DNA from: Desulfovibrionaceae bacterium | GTDB lineage: Bacteria > Desulfobacterota > Desulfovibrionia > Desulfovibrionales > Desulfovibrionaceae | Assembly (NCBI GenBank): GCA_900770205.1 | Contig: CAAGJV010000123.1 | Location: 1 to 37,030, forward strand | Direction of reading: 5' to 3' | DNA length: 37,030 nt | In this document: positions 20,869 to 29,406 of the stretch, one piece after another | How the letters are laid out: each line of letters begins with the position of its first letter | Numbering within the stretch: position 1 is the first letter of the stretch | Translations under genes and position numbers: made by a program | Notes under the pieces: model-generated | Seen by the model: the letters and a program-made list of their open reading frames with translations, nothing else | Told to the model about the DNA's origin: nothing | Databases searched by the model: none

Positions 20869-21587
20869 TCTCCTTTCGTTTTCCCGGCATTGCCCCTGTT
20901 GCCTGCCTGTTCACTACGCGTACTTTTGGCAGTGTATCTCTGGCAGAAGGAGAGCCGGATATCCCCACTGCTGCAAGGCGCAGGAAACTTGCTTCTCTTC
21001 CAGGAACAGAAGGCTTTGCCGAAGTTCATCAGGTTCACGGCATACGTACGGTATTTGAACCGGAAATCCAGTCTCCGGCATTGCGCCCGGCTGAGCAGGC
21101 CGATGGCATGGCGACTTCCCGCCCCGGAACGGCGCTCATGATAAAAACAGCAGACTGCCAGCCCATACTTATCGCCCATGAATCCGGCAGTTATATCATG
21201 GCCATCCATTCCGGGTGGAGAGGCAGCAGACAGAACTACCCCTTCCTGGCCGTAGGAGAATTCTGCGAACACTACCGCCTGAACCCGAAACAACTCTGGG
21301 CCGTACGCGGGCCAAGCCTTGGGCCTGCCGCCTCGGAATTCATCCACTTCTTTCAGGAATGGGGCGATGAATTTCTCCCATGGTACGATGAAGCCCGCCA
21401 GACGGTGGATCTGTGGCGGCTTACCCGCCATCAGCTTGAAAAGGCAGGTCTCATGCCCGGAAAGATCCTCGGGATGGATATGTGCACCTTCGATAATGCC
21501 GATTCCTTCTATTCCTACCGACATTTCCGAAAGGCAGGCAGCGAAAACGGCAGACAGGGAAGCCTTATCTGGATCCGTTCCCTCTGA
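20865..21587 (+). CDS. YfiH/PgeF (laccase-domain, polyphenol oxidase family) protein
   Basis: QVHG, ADG, TADCQP, HSGWRG, GPSLGP, CT, FYSYR, GRQ. Confidence 0.92.
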   Translation: MISFRFPGIAPVACLFTTRTFGSVSLAEGEPDIPTAARRRKLASLPGTEGFAEVHQVHGIRTVFEPEIQSPALRPAEQADGMATSRPGTALMIKTADCQPILIAHESGSYIMAIHSGWRGSRQNYPFLAVGEFCEHYRLNPKQLWAVRGPSLGPAASEFIHFFQEWGDEFLPWYDEARQTVDLWRLTRHQLEKAGLMPGKILGMDMCTFDNADSFYSYRHFRKAGSENGRQGSLIWIRSL

Positions 21588-21748
21588 TTCTCCCCTAAAA
21601 ATACCTGTTTCTTTTTTTCTCTTTTTAGAATATACTATTTGCCGCGTTATTTTCGATGCCGGAGAGAGGCCGGCAGAGCTTTTGCTCGTATCGATAGAAC
21701 GCCCTTTCCGGCAGGCGCCGGCTATTTTCATACTCTTTCGAGGAAATC

Positions 21749-23086
21749 ATGAACGTATCTCGCAATGGGCTGCGCGGGCTCTCTTCTGCCGTGCTCAGCC
21801 AGGTAAAATGTGCGGCCTCTGCTCTGCTGGTATGCGGGCTGGTGGCCACTTCTGTTTCTTCCGCCCATGCGGAAGGTTTTGGCATTACGGAATGGAGCGC
21901 CCGCGGCATGGCCCTCGGCGGTGGGGCCGGCGGCGGCATGGTAGCCCGTGCCAACGATGCTTCCGCCATTGCCTACAACCCTGCCGGCATCACGCAGATT
22001 CCCGGAACAACAACGCAGATGGGCATGGCTGTTTCCATGCTTAATTTCGACATCAGCCGTGCCGATACCGGCAAGACAGTTTCCACTTCCGACCAGGCCT
22101 GGCCTATTCCCCATTTCTACCTCACGCATCAGCTGAACGACAAGCTGTGGCTTGGCGTTGGCACCTTCACCCGGTACGGCCTGGGCTCCCAGTTCCCCGA
22201 TAACTGGGGCAAAGTTGCTGGAGGAAACTCTTCTATCCTCAAATCCGTCACCCTTATTTCCACTACGCTCAACCCGAACATCGCCTACAAGATCAACGAT
22301 ATCCTGTCTGTCAGTGCCGGCGTGAGCTATACTTGGGGTTACCTCAGTCTGAACCAGCAATATAACCTTTATGGCGGTAGAGGCCATGCCGATGCCCGCA
22401 TCCATTCCGAAAACGGCTATGCCTTTGGTTACAACTTCGGCCTGCATGCCCGATTCAACGATCAGTGGAGCGCAGGCCTTACCTACCGCGCCAGCGAAGA
22501 CATGACCTTCAAGGGCAGCACTCGTTTCCGCTTTTCCGGCCTTCTTGCAGAAAAAATGAGCCAATCCATGAAGAACTGCAATGCCGATGGCAAGCTCTCC
22601 GTGCCTGATGTCATCACCCTAGGAGTGATGTACAAGCCTATGCAGAATCTGAGCTTTGAGGCAGATGTCGCCTACACGGTGTGGAGCCGCTTCCGCAACC
22701 TTACCATCAATATGCATTCCAGCACACCATCCTTCTTCGAGCAGAAGAACTGGCGCGACACCTGGGCCTTCACCTTCGGTGTGGAATACGCCCCCATCGA
22801 CTGGATGACGCTGCGTGCCGGCTTCACCTACGAAACCTCCCCTCTGCAGGATTCCAGCTGCTACGACTATCTCGTCCCTTCCAACGGCCGCAACTACTAT
22901 ACCGTGGGCGCCGGCTTCAAGTATGACAAATGGACGCTCGACCTTGCCTACATGTATATTGATGTGCGCGATATCAATTACGGCGGCTCGAAAGACCATT
23001 CCGGTCTTATGACCAGCACCTTTGCCGGAAAAGCGCATAACAGCTATGCCCACAATATCGGCTTTACCATCGGCTACACATTCTAA
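21749..23086 (+). CDS. OmpP1/FadL family outer-membrane transporter
   Basis: Signal peptide then AEGFGITEWSARGMALGG, DASAIAYNPAG, beta-strand pattern, C-terminal YTF. Confidence 0.92.
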   Translation: MNVSRNGLRGLSSAVLSQVKCAASALLVCGLVATSVSSAHAEGFGITEWSARGMALGGGAGGGMVARANDASAIAYNPAGITQIPGTTTQMGMAVSMLNFDISRADTGKTVSTSDQAWPIPHFYLTHQLNDKLWLGVGTFTRYGLGSQFPDNWGKVAGGNSSILKSVTLISTTLNPNIAYKINDILSVSAGVSYTWGYLSLNQQYNLYGGRGHADARIHSENGYAFGYNFGLHARFNDQWSAGLTYRASEDMTFKGSTRFRFSGLLAEKMSQSMKNCNADGKLSVPDVITLGVMYKPMQNLSFEADVAYTVWSRFRNLTINMHSSTPSFFEQKNWRDTWAFTFGVEYAPIDWMTLRAGFTYETSPLQDSSCYDYLVPSNGRNYYTVGAGFKYDKWTLDLAYMYIDVRDINYGGSKDHSGLMTSTFAGKAHNSYAHNIGFTIGYTF

Positions 23087-23107
23087 GACATACGACATCC
23101 CGTTCCA

Positions 23108-23143
23108 GGGGCCCCACCGGCATAGCTGGTGGGGCCCTATTTT
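23108..23143 (+). terminator. Intrinsic terminator after the FadL-like gene
   Basis: GGGCCCCACCGGC-ATA-GCTGGTGGGGCCC stem followed by TATTTT. Confidence 0.8.
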
Positions 23144-23151
23144 AAACCAAA

Positions 23152-23257
23152 AAAGAAAAGCAAATCTTGCCTTTGCAAGGCTTTGAAAGTATTTACAAGT
23201 ATTGGCAAGTATTTGCTTTTCTTTGCTTTGAAAGAATTTTTCTAGAGTACTTTCAAA
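23152..23257. repeat. Cluster of degenerate 10-bp tandem repeats and inverted repeats
   Basis: CTTTGCAAGG/CTTTGAAAGT/ATTTACAAGT/ATTGGCAAGT tandem (23171-23210) within the IR AAAGAAAAGCAAAT-CTTGCC ... GGCAAGTATTTGCTTTTCTTT. Confidence 0.7.
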
Positions 23258-23302
23258 ATATGCAGACTGGCAGATGAAGACGTTCAGCCAACTCTGCCAA
23301 TG

Positions 23303-23497
23303 TTATGTCAGGATGCTCTCGAAATTGATGCTGATGATTTGTTCATGAGCAACACCGCTGGACAGCAGATACTTCTGGAACATAGTAAAGAGTGTGGACT
23401 TTCCGCAACGCCGGACACCCGACACAACCTTGATGATTTGCTTGCCCTTCTGCCGAATAAGCCAGTCCAGATATTCAGAGCGCTTGATGAAGCTCAT
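23303..23497 (-). pseudogene. Truncated AAA_14/DUF4143-type ATP-binding protein (N-terminal ~60 aa only)
   Basis: IKRSEYL..L...IKVVSGVRRCGKSTL...QIISINFE is the typical N-terminus of this ~400 aa family; GGAGG RBS; similarity stops after INFE. Confidence 0.82.
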
Positions 23498-23821
23498 GAC
23501 AGGCCTCCTTACTGGATAGATGCTAGGAGATTTTTTTTAATTTTTCAAGAAAAACGGATTACGTTCCAATATTTTTGCTTTACCGAGAAAAATTGGAAAG
23601 TTTAGAATCTTTCCGGCTCTCCCTCAAAGAAGGGGACAAGAAAAAAAGAAGGGCATACCAAGAAATGATATGCCTGCAGGGCAATCATTCCGGCCAAAGA
23701 AGGAGAGCCGGATAGACTGAAAAAAATTGTTCGAGATAATCCCTGAAAAAACTTTTGCCCCGTTCTTTGACGTAGAACCCGAGGCTGGACTTCGGGAAAC
23801 CGTACCGGAAAGAAAAAAGCA

Positions 23822-23856
23822 AAGAACGCCAAGACGTTATGCATCTTGGCGTTCTT
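23822..23856 (-). terminator. Terminator downstream of tRNA-Glu
   Basis: AAGAACGCCAAGA...TCTTGGCGTTCTT 13-bp stem; TGCTTTTTT follows on the minus strand. Confidence 0.78.
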
Positions 23857-23871
23857 CATTGTACTCAAATG

Positions 23872-23948
23872 TGGCGTCCCCAGGCGGATTTGAACCGCCG
23901 TTGACGGCGTGAAAGGCCGCTGTCCTGGGCCGACTAGACGATGGGGAC
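23872..23948 (-). tRNA. tRNA-Glu(TTC)
   Basis: GTCCCCA/TGGGGAC acceptor stem, anticodon arm GCGGC-CTTTCAC-GCCGT, T arm GGCGG-TTCAAAT-CCGCC, encoded CCA; 77 nt. Confidence 0.97.
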
Positions 23949-23963
23949 GTGCTGCGTTGGTGC

Positions 23964-23992
23964 TTATTACAGGAAAGGCTCCGTATCGTCAA
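23964..23992 (-). promoter_or_regulatory. sigma70 promoter of tRNA-Glu, embedded in the hflX 3' end
   Basis: TTGACG (23992-23987), 17 bp, TAATAA (23969-23964), A-rich upstream tract. Confidence 0.7.
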
Positions 23993-25730
23993 GTATTATT
24001 TTTTCCTGCGCCATATTTTTCCGGGACTTTCTTTTTTTCTCAAATTCTTCCCATGTCTGAGAAGAGCGGACAAAGCGATCCCTGTCTTCAAAAATACGGC
24101 GTTCTATGGCTGCCGTGGCCTTCTCCAGACCGGTTCCCGTGAGTGCGGAAACGGCAATGGCCTCCGGGAAATCGAGAAGAAGGCTCACCCTCTCGCCAAC
24201 GGGAACGGCATCCCATTTGTTCAGCAGCGTCATGCGGGGGATACGCTGAAGCTCCATATCGGAAAGTACACGCTCCACGGCTTCCATCTGCTGTTCCCGT
24301 TCCGGGTGAGAGGCGTCCACCACATGGATAAGCAGGTCAGCCGCTTCCAGTTCTTCCAGCGTTGCCCGGAAGGCTTCCATCAACTCCTTCGGCAGAGAAC
24401 GGATGAAGCCTACGGTATCAGCCAGAACAAGCTCCCTTTCCCTGGGAAATCGCAGGCGGCGCGTTGTTGGGTCCAGCGTGGCAAAGAGCTTGTTTTCCGA
24501 AAGCACCTCTGCTTTTGTCAACGCATTGAGCAGCGTGGATTTGCCGGCATTGGTGTACCCCACAAGCGCCGCCAGAGGCAACCCCTGCCGCGCTCTTCGG
24601 GCCCGGGTATGGAATCGCTGCCGCCTCAGATCGTCCAGTTCCCTGCGTATGCGCGTTATCCTTTCACGGATGCGGCGCCTCTCCAGTTCCAGCTGTGTTT
24701 CGCCTCTGCCCTTGTTGCCGAAGATGCCTCCGGCAAGCCTGTCGAGAGAACGGTTCCTGCCGGCAAGCCTCGGCAGAGAATACTGCAACTGCGCCATTTC
24801 CACCTGAAGCTTTCCGGCCTTGGTTACCGCGTGCTGGGCAAAAATATCGAGAATGAGCTGCGTCCTGTCCATGACGCGGCGCTCCGTCTGCTCCGAAAGG
24901 CTGCTCAGCTGGGCAGGACTCAGCTCTCCATCGAAAACGATAAGGGATGCCTGCCCCTGCAGGGCAAGCACTTCCAGTTCCGCCAGCTTGCTTTTGCCAA
25001 GAATATGCCTGGGGTGTATCGCAGCTACGCGCTGAATCATGCTGCCCGTTACCTTCACTCCGGCCGTGCGTGCCAGCTCGGCAAGTTCGGCAAGATGCCT
25101 CTCCTGCACATGGCGGGGATCCAGAGAAACAGAAACCAGAACAGCTCGTTCGCCTTCTTCTTTTTCTCCGGTGCTTACTGCATCATCGAGCACGCGGCCA
25201 AACTCTTCTTCCAGAGCTTCGGCCTGCCGGGTGAAGTCTGTATCTACCCGATCCCACGGCAGCATTTCTCCGGCGGCATAGCCGGTATCATCGCTCCCAG
25301 GAGCAGGAGGAAGAAGATGCGCGCTCTGGAACATGGAAGGCGCGCCCCATTCGTCAACAGTAAGGACACTCACGGAATCAAGGCGCAAAAAAAGAAGATC
25401 CATCAGGTCTTCGTGGGAAAGACCTTCAGGGCCAAGATGCGTATGCAGAAGGCGCAGACCGCGCAAACGACCCGCGCCGGTTCTGGCATGATGAAGCGCA
25501 GGAATGAGTATGGATGAGGCATCTCCTACGATAACCATGCTCACCCTTCCCTGCCTGTCTATAGCGAGCCCTATCTGCCGGGAAATCAGCCGGGACAGCG
25601 CCGCAAGCTCTCTCGCCTGTTCAGGGCTGTACCCGCCCTGGGGAGAATAGCGGCGCTGCCCCAGCCTGGTGAGTGCCTTCATCTCACTGCTCTTCAGGCC
25701 GGCGATATTGCCTTCAACCCGGGCAGCTAT
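23967..25730 (-). CDS. hflX: GTPase HflX, long form with N-terminal extension (probable ATA start at 25730; first ATG at 25682)
   Basis: DRTQLILDIFAQHA, GYTNAGKST, LFATLDPT, DTVGFI, NKWD; N-terminal LRLLHTH extension. Confidence 0.95.
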   Translation of the reverse strand: MAARVEGNIAGLKSSEMKALTRLGQRRYSPQGGYSPEQARELAALSRLISRQIGLAIDRQGRVSMVIVGDASSILIPALHHARTGAGRLRGLRLLHTHLGPEGLSHEDLMDLLFLRLDSVSVLTVDEWGAPSMFQSAHLLPPAPGSDDTGYAAGEMLPWDRVDTDFTRQAEALEEEFGRVLDDAVSTGEKEEGERAVLVSVSLDPRHVQERHLAELAELARTAGVKVTGSMIQRVAAIHPRHILGKSKLAELEVLALQGQASLIVFDGELSPAQLSSLSEQTERRVMDRTQLILDIFAQHAVTKAGKLQVEMAQLQYSLPRLAGRNRSLDRLAGGIFGNKGRGETQLELERRRIRERITRIRRELDDLRRQRFHTRARRARQGLPLAALVGYTNAGKSTLLNALTKAEVLSENKLFATLDPTTRRLRFPRERELVLADTVGFIRSLPKELMEAFRATLEELEAADLLIHVVDASHPEREQQMEAVERVLSDMELQRIPRMTLLNKWDAVPVGERVSLLLDFPEAIAVSALTGTGLEKATAAIERRIFEDRDRFVRSSQTWEEFEKKRKSRKNMAQEKIILDDTEPFL

Positions 25731-26320
25731 TGTACTCCTCCAGCCATCCAGGTGGCGATCATGTCATCATAGTTCGAGGTGGTACGGAAGGTAGCGGCCG
25801 CCATGCGGCGGCGGAATTCCATGCTCACGCCACCCTTTTCTATTTCTGCCATGGCCTCGGCATAGTAATCAGGAGAAGACAGCACAAGAATGCTGTTAAA
25901 ATTCTTGGAAGAAGCGCGCAGCAGGCACGGTCCGCCGATATCGATTTCTTCCACCATGGCCGCCGGGTCAAGATGCTTTTCCAGTGCAGACTTGAAGTCA
26001 TACAGGTTCACAACCACAAGATCGAACGGCTTGATATCGAACTCTTCCAGCGTTTTCATATGTTCCGGCACATCTTTATTGGCAAGAATGCCGCCGTGTA
26101 TGCGCGGATTAAGCGTTTTCACTCTGCCATTCAGGATTTCAGGAAATCCCGTGACATCGCTGACAGCCGTCACAGGAAGGCCCTGTTCCATCAGAAATTT
26201 CATAGTGCCGCCCGTAGAAACGAGTTCAACACCCTTTTTGTGAAGAAATGCGGCAAATTCCGCAAGCCCGTCCTTATGCGTCACGCTGAGAAGCGCACGC
26301 CTGATGGGAAGAAAATCCAT
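25727..26320 (-). CDS. purH: IMP cyclohydrolase (N-terminal PurH/MGS-like domain only)
   Basis: RRALLSV, STGGT, TGFPEILNGRVKTL, VVNLY, IDIGGP, KNF; only 197 aa, no AICAR transformylase domain. Confidence 0.88.
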   Translation of the reverse strand: MDFLPIRRALLSVTHKDGLAEFAAFLHKKGVELVSTGGTMKFLMEQGLPVTAVSDVTGFPEILNGRVKTLNPRIHGGILANKDVPEHMKTLEEFDIKPFDLVVVNLYDFKSALEKHLDPAAMVEEIDIGGPCLLRASSKNFNSILVLSSPDYYAEAMAEIEKGGVSMEFRRRMAAATFRTTSNYDDMIATWMAGGVQ

Positions 26321-26610
26321 CGCAACCCCCTTTAATGATGTGGCCTCATACTGCCAGAGGCAACAGTAAATAGCAAGATTCTGAATCCATACGGAAATAC
26401 AGCAGCAACGTCTTTGCCCGAAGACTTTTCACCATACCTGCATTTTCAGCTGAAGAAGGGAAATTCCGTACCAGCTCGAAAAAAGATTGACACAAGCAAG
26501 CGCCAATGAAAACCTGTTCCAGACATTCTCTCTCCAAAATCAGCCTGAATTTTCAGAACCTCCCTTATACTTCCGGCAGACTGATATTTGCATCCATCAA
26601 GGAGAACTTC

Positions 26611-27186
26611 ATGACGGATTCCTTTTCCGACCTGTTTCTCGAAGCCATGCGCTATGAACACTGGCTGCGCTTTTATTTTCTCACCGATGAACAGCAAGAC
26701 TGCGCCGCTGAACCCCCGCAGTCCTCGCCTGAACGGGAACTTTCTATCGAAGAGAGGAATGCCATACTTTCCGTTCCGAAAGAAGCCGCAGAGCGTTCCC
26801 GCAGAGAAGAGCCGGCCCTTGCCGAAATGCTCGATGCTCTGCAGAACACGCCCGTTTCCATGGAGCACTCCAGAGACATCATTTTCGCCTGGCTGGGCAG
26901 AAAAACAGGAATCGCCCCGGGAAGCGCAGAATTTGAAAATCTCATGAATGCTCTTGCCGCCAATGAATCCTTCCGCCGTTCTCTCGATAATTTTCATGGA
27001 TGGGTGCAGGAACTAGCCAATAACGAACTTGATCTGAAGGGAAACGCCCTGCCGCCGGGAGCCCCCAGAGACGAATCCATCCCCTCCTTTGCAGAGTGGA
27101 ACAAAGCCTTTCTCTTCTGGTTCAGCATGCAGAAACCATTTGATATCAACATATTGACTAATACCCCTGCCAGAGAGAAAAATTAA
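26611..27186 (+). CDS. Hypothetical protein
   Basis: AAGGAG RBS before ATG 26611, 191 aa open frame filling the gap between purH and nifU; no family recognised. Confidence 0.75.
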   Translation: MTDSFSDLFLEAMRYEHWLRFYFLTDEQQDCAAEPPQSSPERELSIEERNAILSVPKEAAERSRREEPALAEMLDALQNTPVSMEHSRDIIFAWLGRKTGIAPGSAEFENLMNALAANESFRRSLDNFHGWVQELANNELDLKGNALPPGAPRDESIPSFAEWNKAFLFWFSMQKPFDINILTNTPAREKN

Positions 27187-27309
27187 TCGACTTTTGAATG
27201 CCGCCGTTTCTGGACATTGCCTGTAAAGTGATTACTCTTCCCAAAGAACCCTATGATAGAAACACGAAGATTGCTGTATGCTTATCTTCGTACGACCAGG
27301 AGCACAATT

Positions 27310-28146
27310 ATGTGGGAATATACTGAAACTGTCCGCGATCACTTCCTGCACCCTCGCAATGCAGGCATCCTTGAAGACGCAAATGTCATTGGTGAAGCCG
27401 GAAGCCTTGCCTGCGGCGATGCTCTCAAGCTCATGCTGAAAGTGAACAACCAGGGCATTATCGAAGATGCCAAATTCCAGACCTTCGGCTGCGCCAGTGC
27501 CATTGCCTCCAGCTCCGCCCTTACGGAACTCATCAAGGGCAAGCACATGGACGAAGCCGCAAAGCTGACCAACAAGGAAATCGCCGACTATCTCGGCGGC
27601 CTTCCCAAAGAAAAGATGCACTGCTCCGTCATGGGGGAAGAGGCCCTGGAAGACGCCATCCGCCACTGGAAAGGCCTTCCTTCCAAAACGCATGAGGAAG
27701 AAGGCCGGCTCGTCTGCAAATGCTTCGGCGTGACCGATCTTCAGATCATCAAGGTCGCCAGGGAAAACAACCTTACCACGGTTGAAGAAGTCACCAATTT
27801 CATCAAGGCCGGCGGCGCATGCGGAAGCTGCAAGGATGACATCCAGTCCATTCTCGACAAGCTGCACGCCATGGAAAAGCCTCTCCAGGAGATACGCCCC
27901 GTCCCCCGTATGACCAACGTCCAGCGCATGCAGAAGGTCATGACCATCATTGCTGAAGACATTGCTCCCCGCCTTGCTCTCGATGGCGGAAGCATAGAAC
28001 TCATAGATGTTGATGGAACAACTGTGGTTGTTGCTCTTCGCGGAGCATGCTCCGGCTGCAGCGCCAGCCAGCTGACCTTGAAAAACCTGGTGGAAAAGAC
28101 GCTGCGCGAACAGGTCGATCCCGCCATCAATGTTGTGGAGGCATAA
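27310..28146 (+). CDS. nifU: Fe-S cluster assembly scaffold NifU
   Basis: MWEYTETVRDHF, CGDAL, FGCASAIAS, KMHCS, central CKCFGV/CGSC [2Fe-2S] domain, C-terminal GACSGC Nfu domain. Confidence 0.96.
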   Translation: MWEYTETVRDHFLHPRNAGILEDANVIGEAGSLACGDALKLMLKVNNQGIIEDAKFQTFGCASAIASSSALTELIKGKHMDEAAKLTNKEIADYLGGLPKEKMHCSVMGEEALEDAIRHWKGLPSKTHEEEGRLVCKCFGVTDLQIIKVARENNLTTVEEVTNFIKAGGACGSCKDDIQSILDKLHAMEKPLQEIRPVPRMTNVQRMQKVMTIIAEDIAPRLALDGGSIELIDVDGTTVVVALRGACSGCSASQLTLKNLVEKTLREQVDPAINVVEA

Positions 28147-28148
28147 CC

Positions 28149-29333
28149 ATGGCTGACCGCACCGATGTCATTTATCTCGATAACAACGCCACTTCCATGG
28201 TTGCCCCGGAAGTGGTGGAAGCTATGATGCCTGCATTCGGCCCTCTTTATGGCAACGCCTCCAGCATGCATACCTTCGGCGGACAGATGGGACATCACAT
28301 TCTCAAAGCGCGTGAACAGGTAGCCGGAATCCTCGGGGCCAGCCCAGAAGAGGTCATTTTCACCTCCTGCGGTTCGGAATCCGACAACACCGCATGGTAT
28401 TCCGCCACGGAAACGCAGCCGGAAAAACGCCATGTCATCACCACCAAGGTAGAGCACTCGGCCGTACTTGCCTATGCCCATTACCTTGAAGACAAAGGCT
28501 ATGAGGTAACAAGGCTCGGCGTGGATGACAAAGGCCGCCTGGATCTTGACGAACTCGAACGCTCCATCCGCCCTGATACGGCCCTAGTCTCCATGATGTA
28601 TGCCAACAACGAAACCGGCACTATCTTCCCCATTGCCGATGTGGCGAATATCGTGAAGTCGCACGGCGTTCAGCTGCATGTTGATGCTGTTCAGGCCGTT
28701 GGCAAGGAAGTTATCGATCTTGCCAGGCTCCCCATCGACTACCTTGCCCTTTCCGGCCATAAACTCCACGCACCCAAGGGCATAGGAGCGCTGTTCGTGC
28801 GCCGTGGAACACGCTTCCGCCCCTACCTCAAGGGCGGACATCAGGAACGTGGCCGCCGTGCCGGAACGGAAAACGTTCCCTATATCATCGGCCTCGGAAA
28901 AGCCTGCGAACTGGCTGCTGCAAATATTGAAAAGGAACGTACGCAGGTCTCCGCTCTACGCGACAAACTTCAGGCCGGCCTTCTTGCCGCCATTCCCCAC
29001 TGCAAAATCAATGGCGACCAGGAACACCGCCTGCCCAACACACTGAATATCTCCTTTGAAGGCGTTGAAGGCGAGGCGCTGCTGCTCCAGCTCGATCAAT
29101 ACGGCATATGCGCCAGCTCCGGTTCCGCCTGCACATCCGGCAGCCTCGAACCTTCTCATGTTCTCCGCGCCATGGGCGTTCCTTTCAACTATGCCCACGG
29201 ATCCATTCGTTTCAGCCTCAGCCGCTACAATACTGAGGCAGAAATCGATCATGTCATCGAAGTCATGCCGAAAATTGTCAGCGAACTTCGCGCCATATCG
29301 CCGTTCGCCGCCTTTCTGAGAACAGGAAAGTAA
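28149..29333 (+). CDS. nifS: Cysteine desulfurase NifS
   Basis: YLDNNAT, ANNETG, DAVQ, SGHK, RAGTEN, SSGSACTSGSLEPSHVL. Confidence 0.96.
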   Translation: MADRTDVIYLDNNATSMVAPEVVEAMMPAFGPLYGNASSMHTFGGQMGHHILKAREQVAGILGASPEEVIFTSCGSESDNTAWYSATETQPEKRHVITTKVEHSAVLAYAHYLEDKGYEVTRLGVDDKGRLDLDELERSIRPDTALVSMMYANNETGTIFPIADVANIVKSHGVQLHVDAVQAVGKEVIDLARLPIDYLALSGHKLHAPKGIGALFVRRGTRFRPYLKGGHQERGRRAGTENVPYIIGLGKACELAAANIEKERTQVSALRDKLQAGLLAAIPHCKINGDQEHRLPNTLNISFEGVEGEALLLQLDQYGICASSGSACTSGSLEPSHVLRAMGVPFNYAHGSIRFSLSRYNTEAEIDHVIEVMPKIVSELRAISPFAAFLRTGK

Positions 29334-29354
29334 TTTTTACGAATCTGTATTTTC

Positions 29355-29385
29355 AGGCCGCCGGGCATATCGGCGGCCTTCTTTT
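29355..29385 (+). terminator. Terminator after nifS
   Basis: AGGCCGCCG-7 nt-CGGCGGCCT followed by TCTTTT. Confidence 0.75.
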
Positions 29386-29406
29386 ATTAAGGATGCTGCC
29401 ATTCTT

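Noticed and set aside
23152..23257. CRISPR array
   Set aside because: Repeats are 10 bp, contiguous and degenerate with no spacers; no cas genes
23100..23870. Intact integrative element or att duplication at tRNA-Glu
   Set aside because: No integrase and no repeat of the tRNA 3' end seen; only fragments remain
23949..25517. 522-aa plus-strand ORF opposite hflX
   Set aside because: Antisense shadow; no family features
27310..29333. Nitrogen fixation cluster
   Set aside because: Only nifU and nifS, which serve general Fe-S assembly in many anaerobes; no nifHDK
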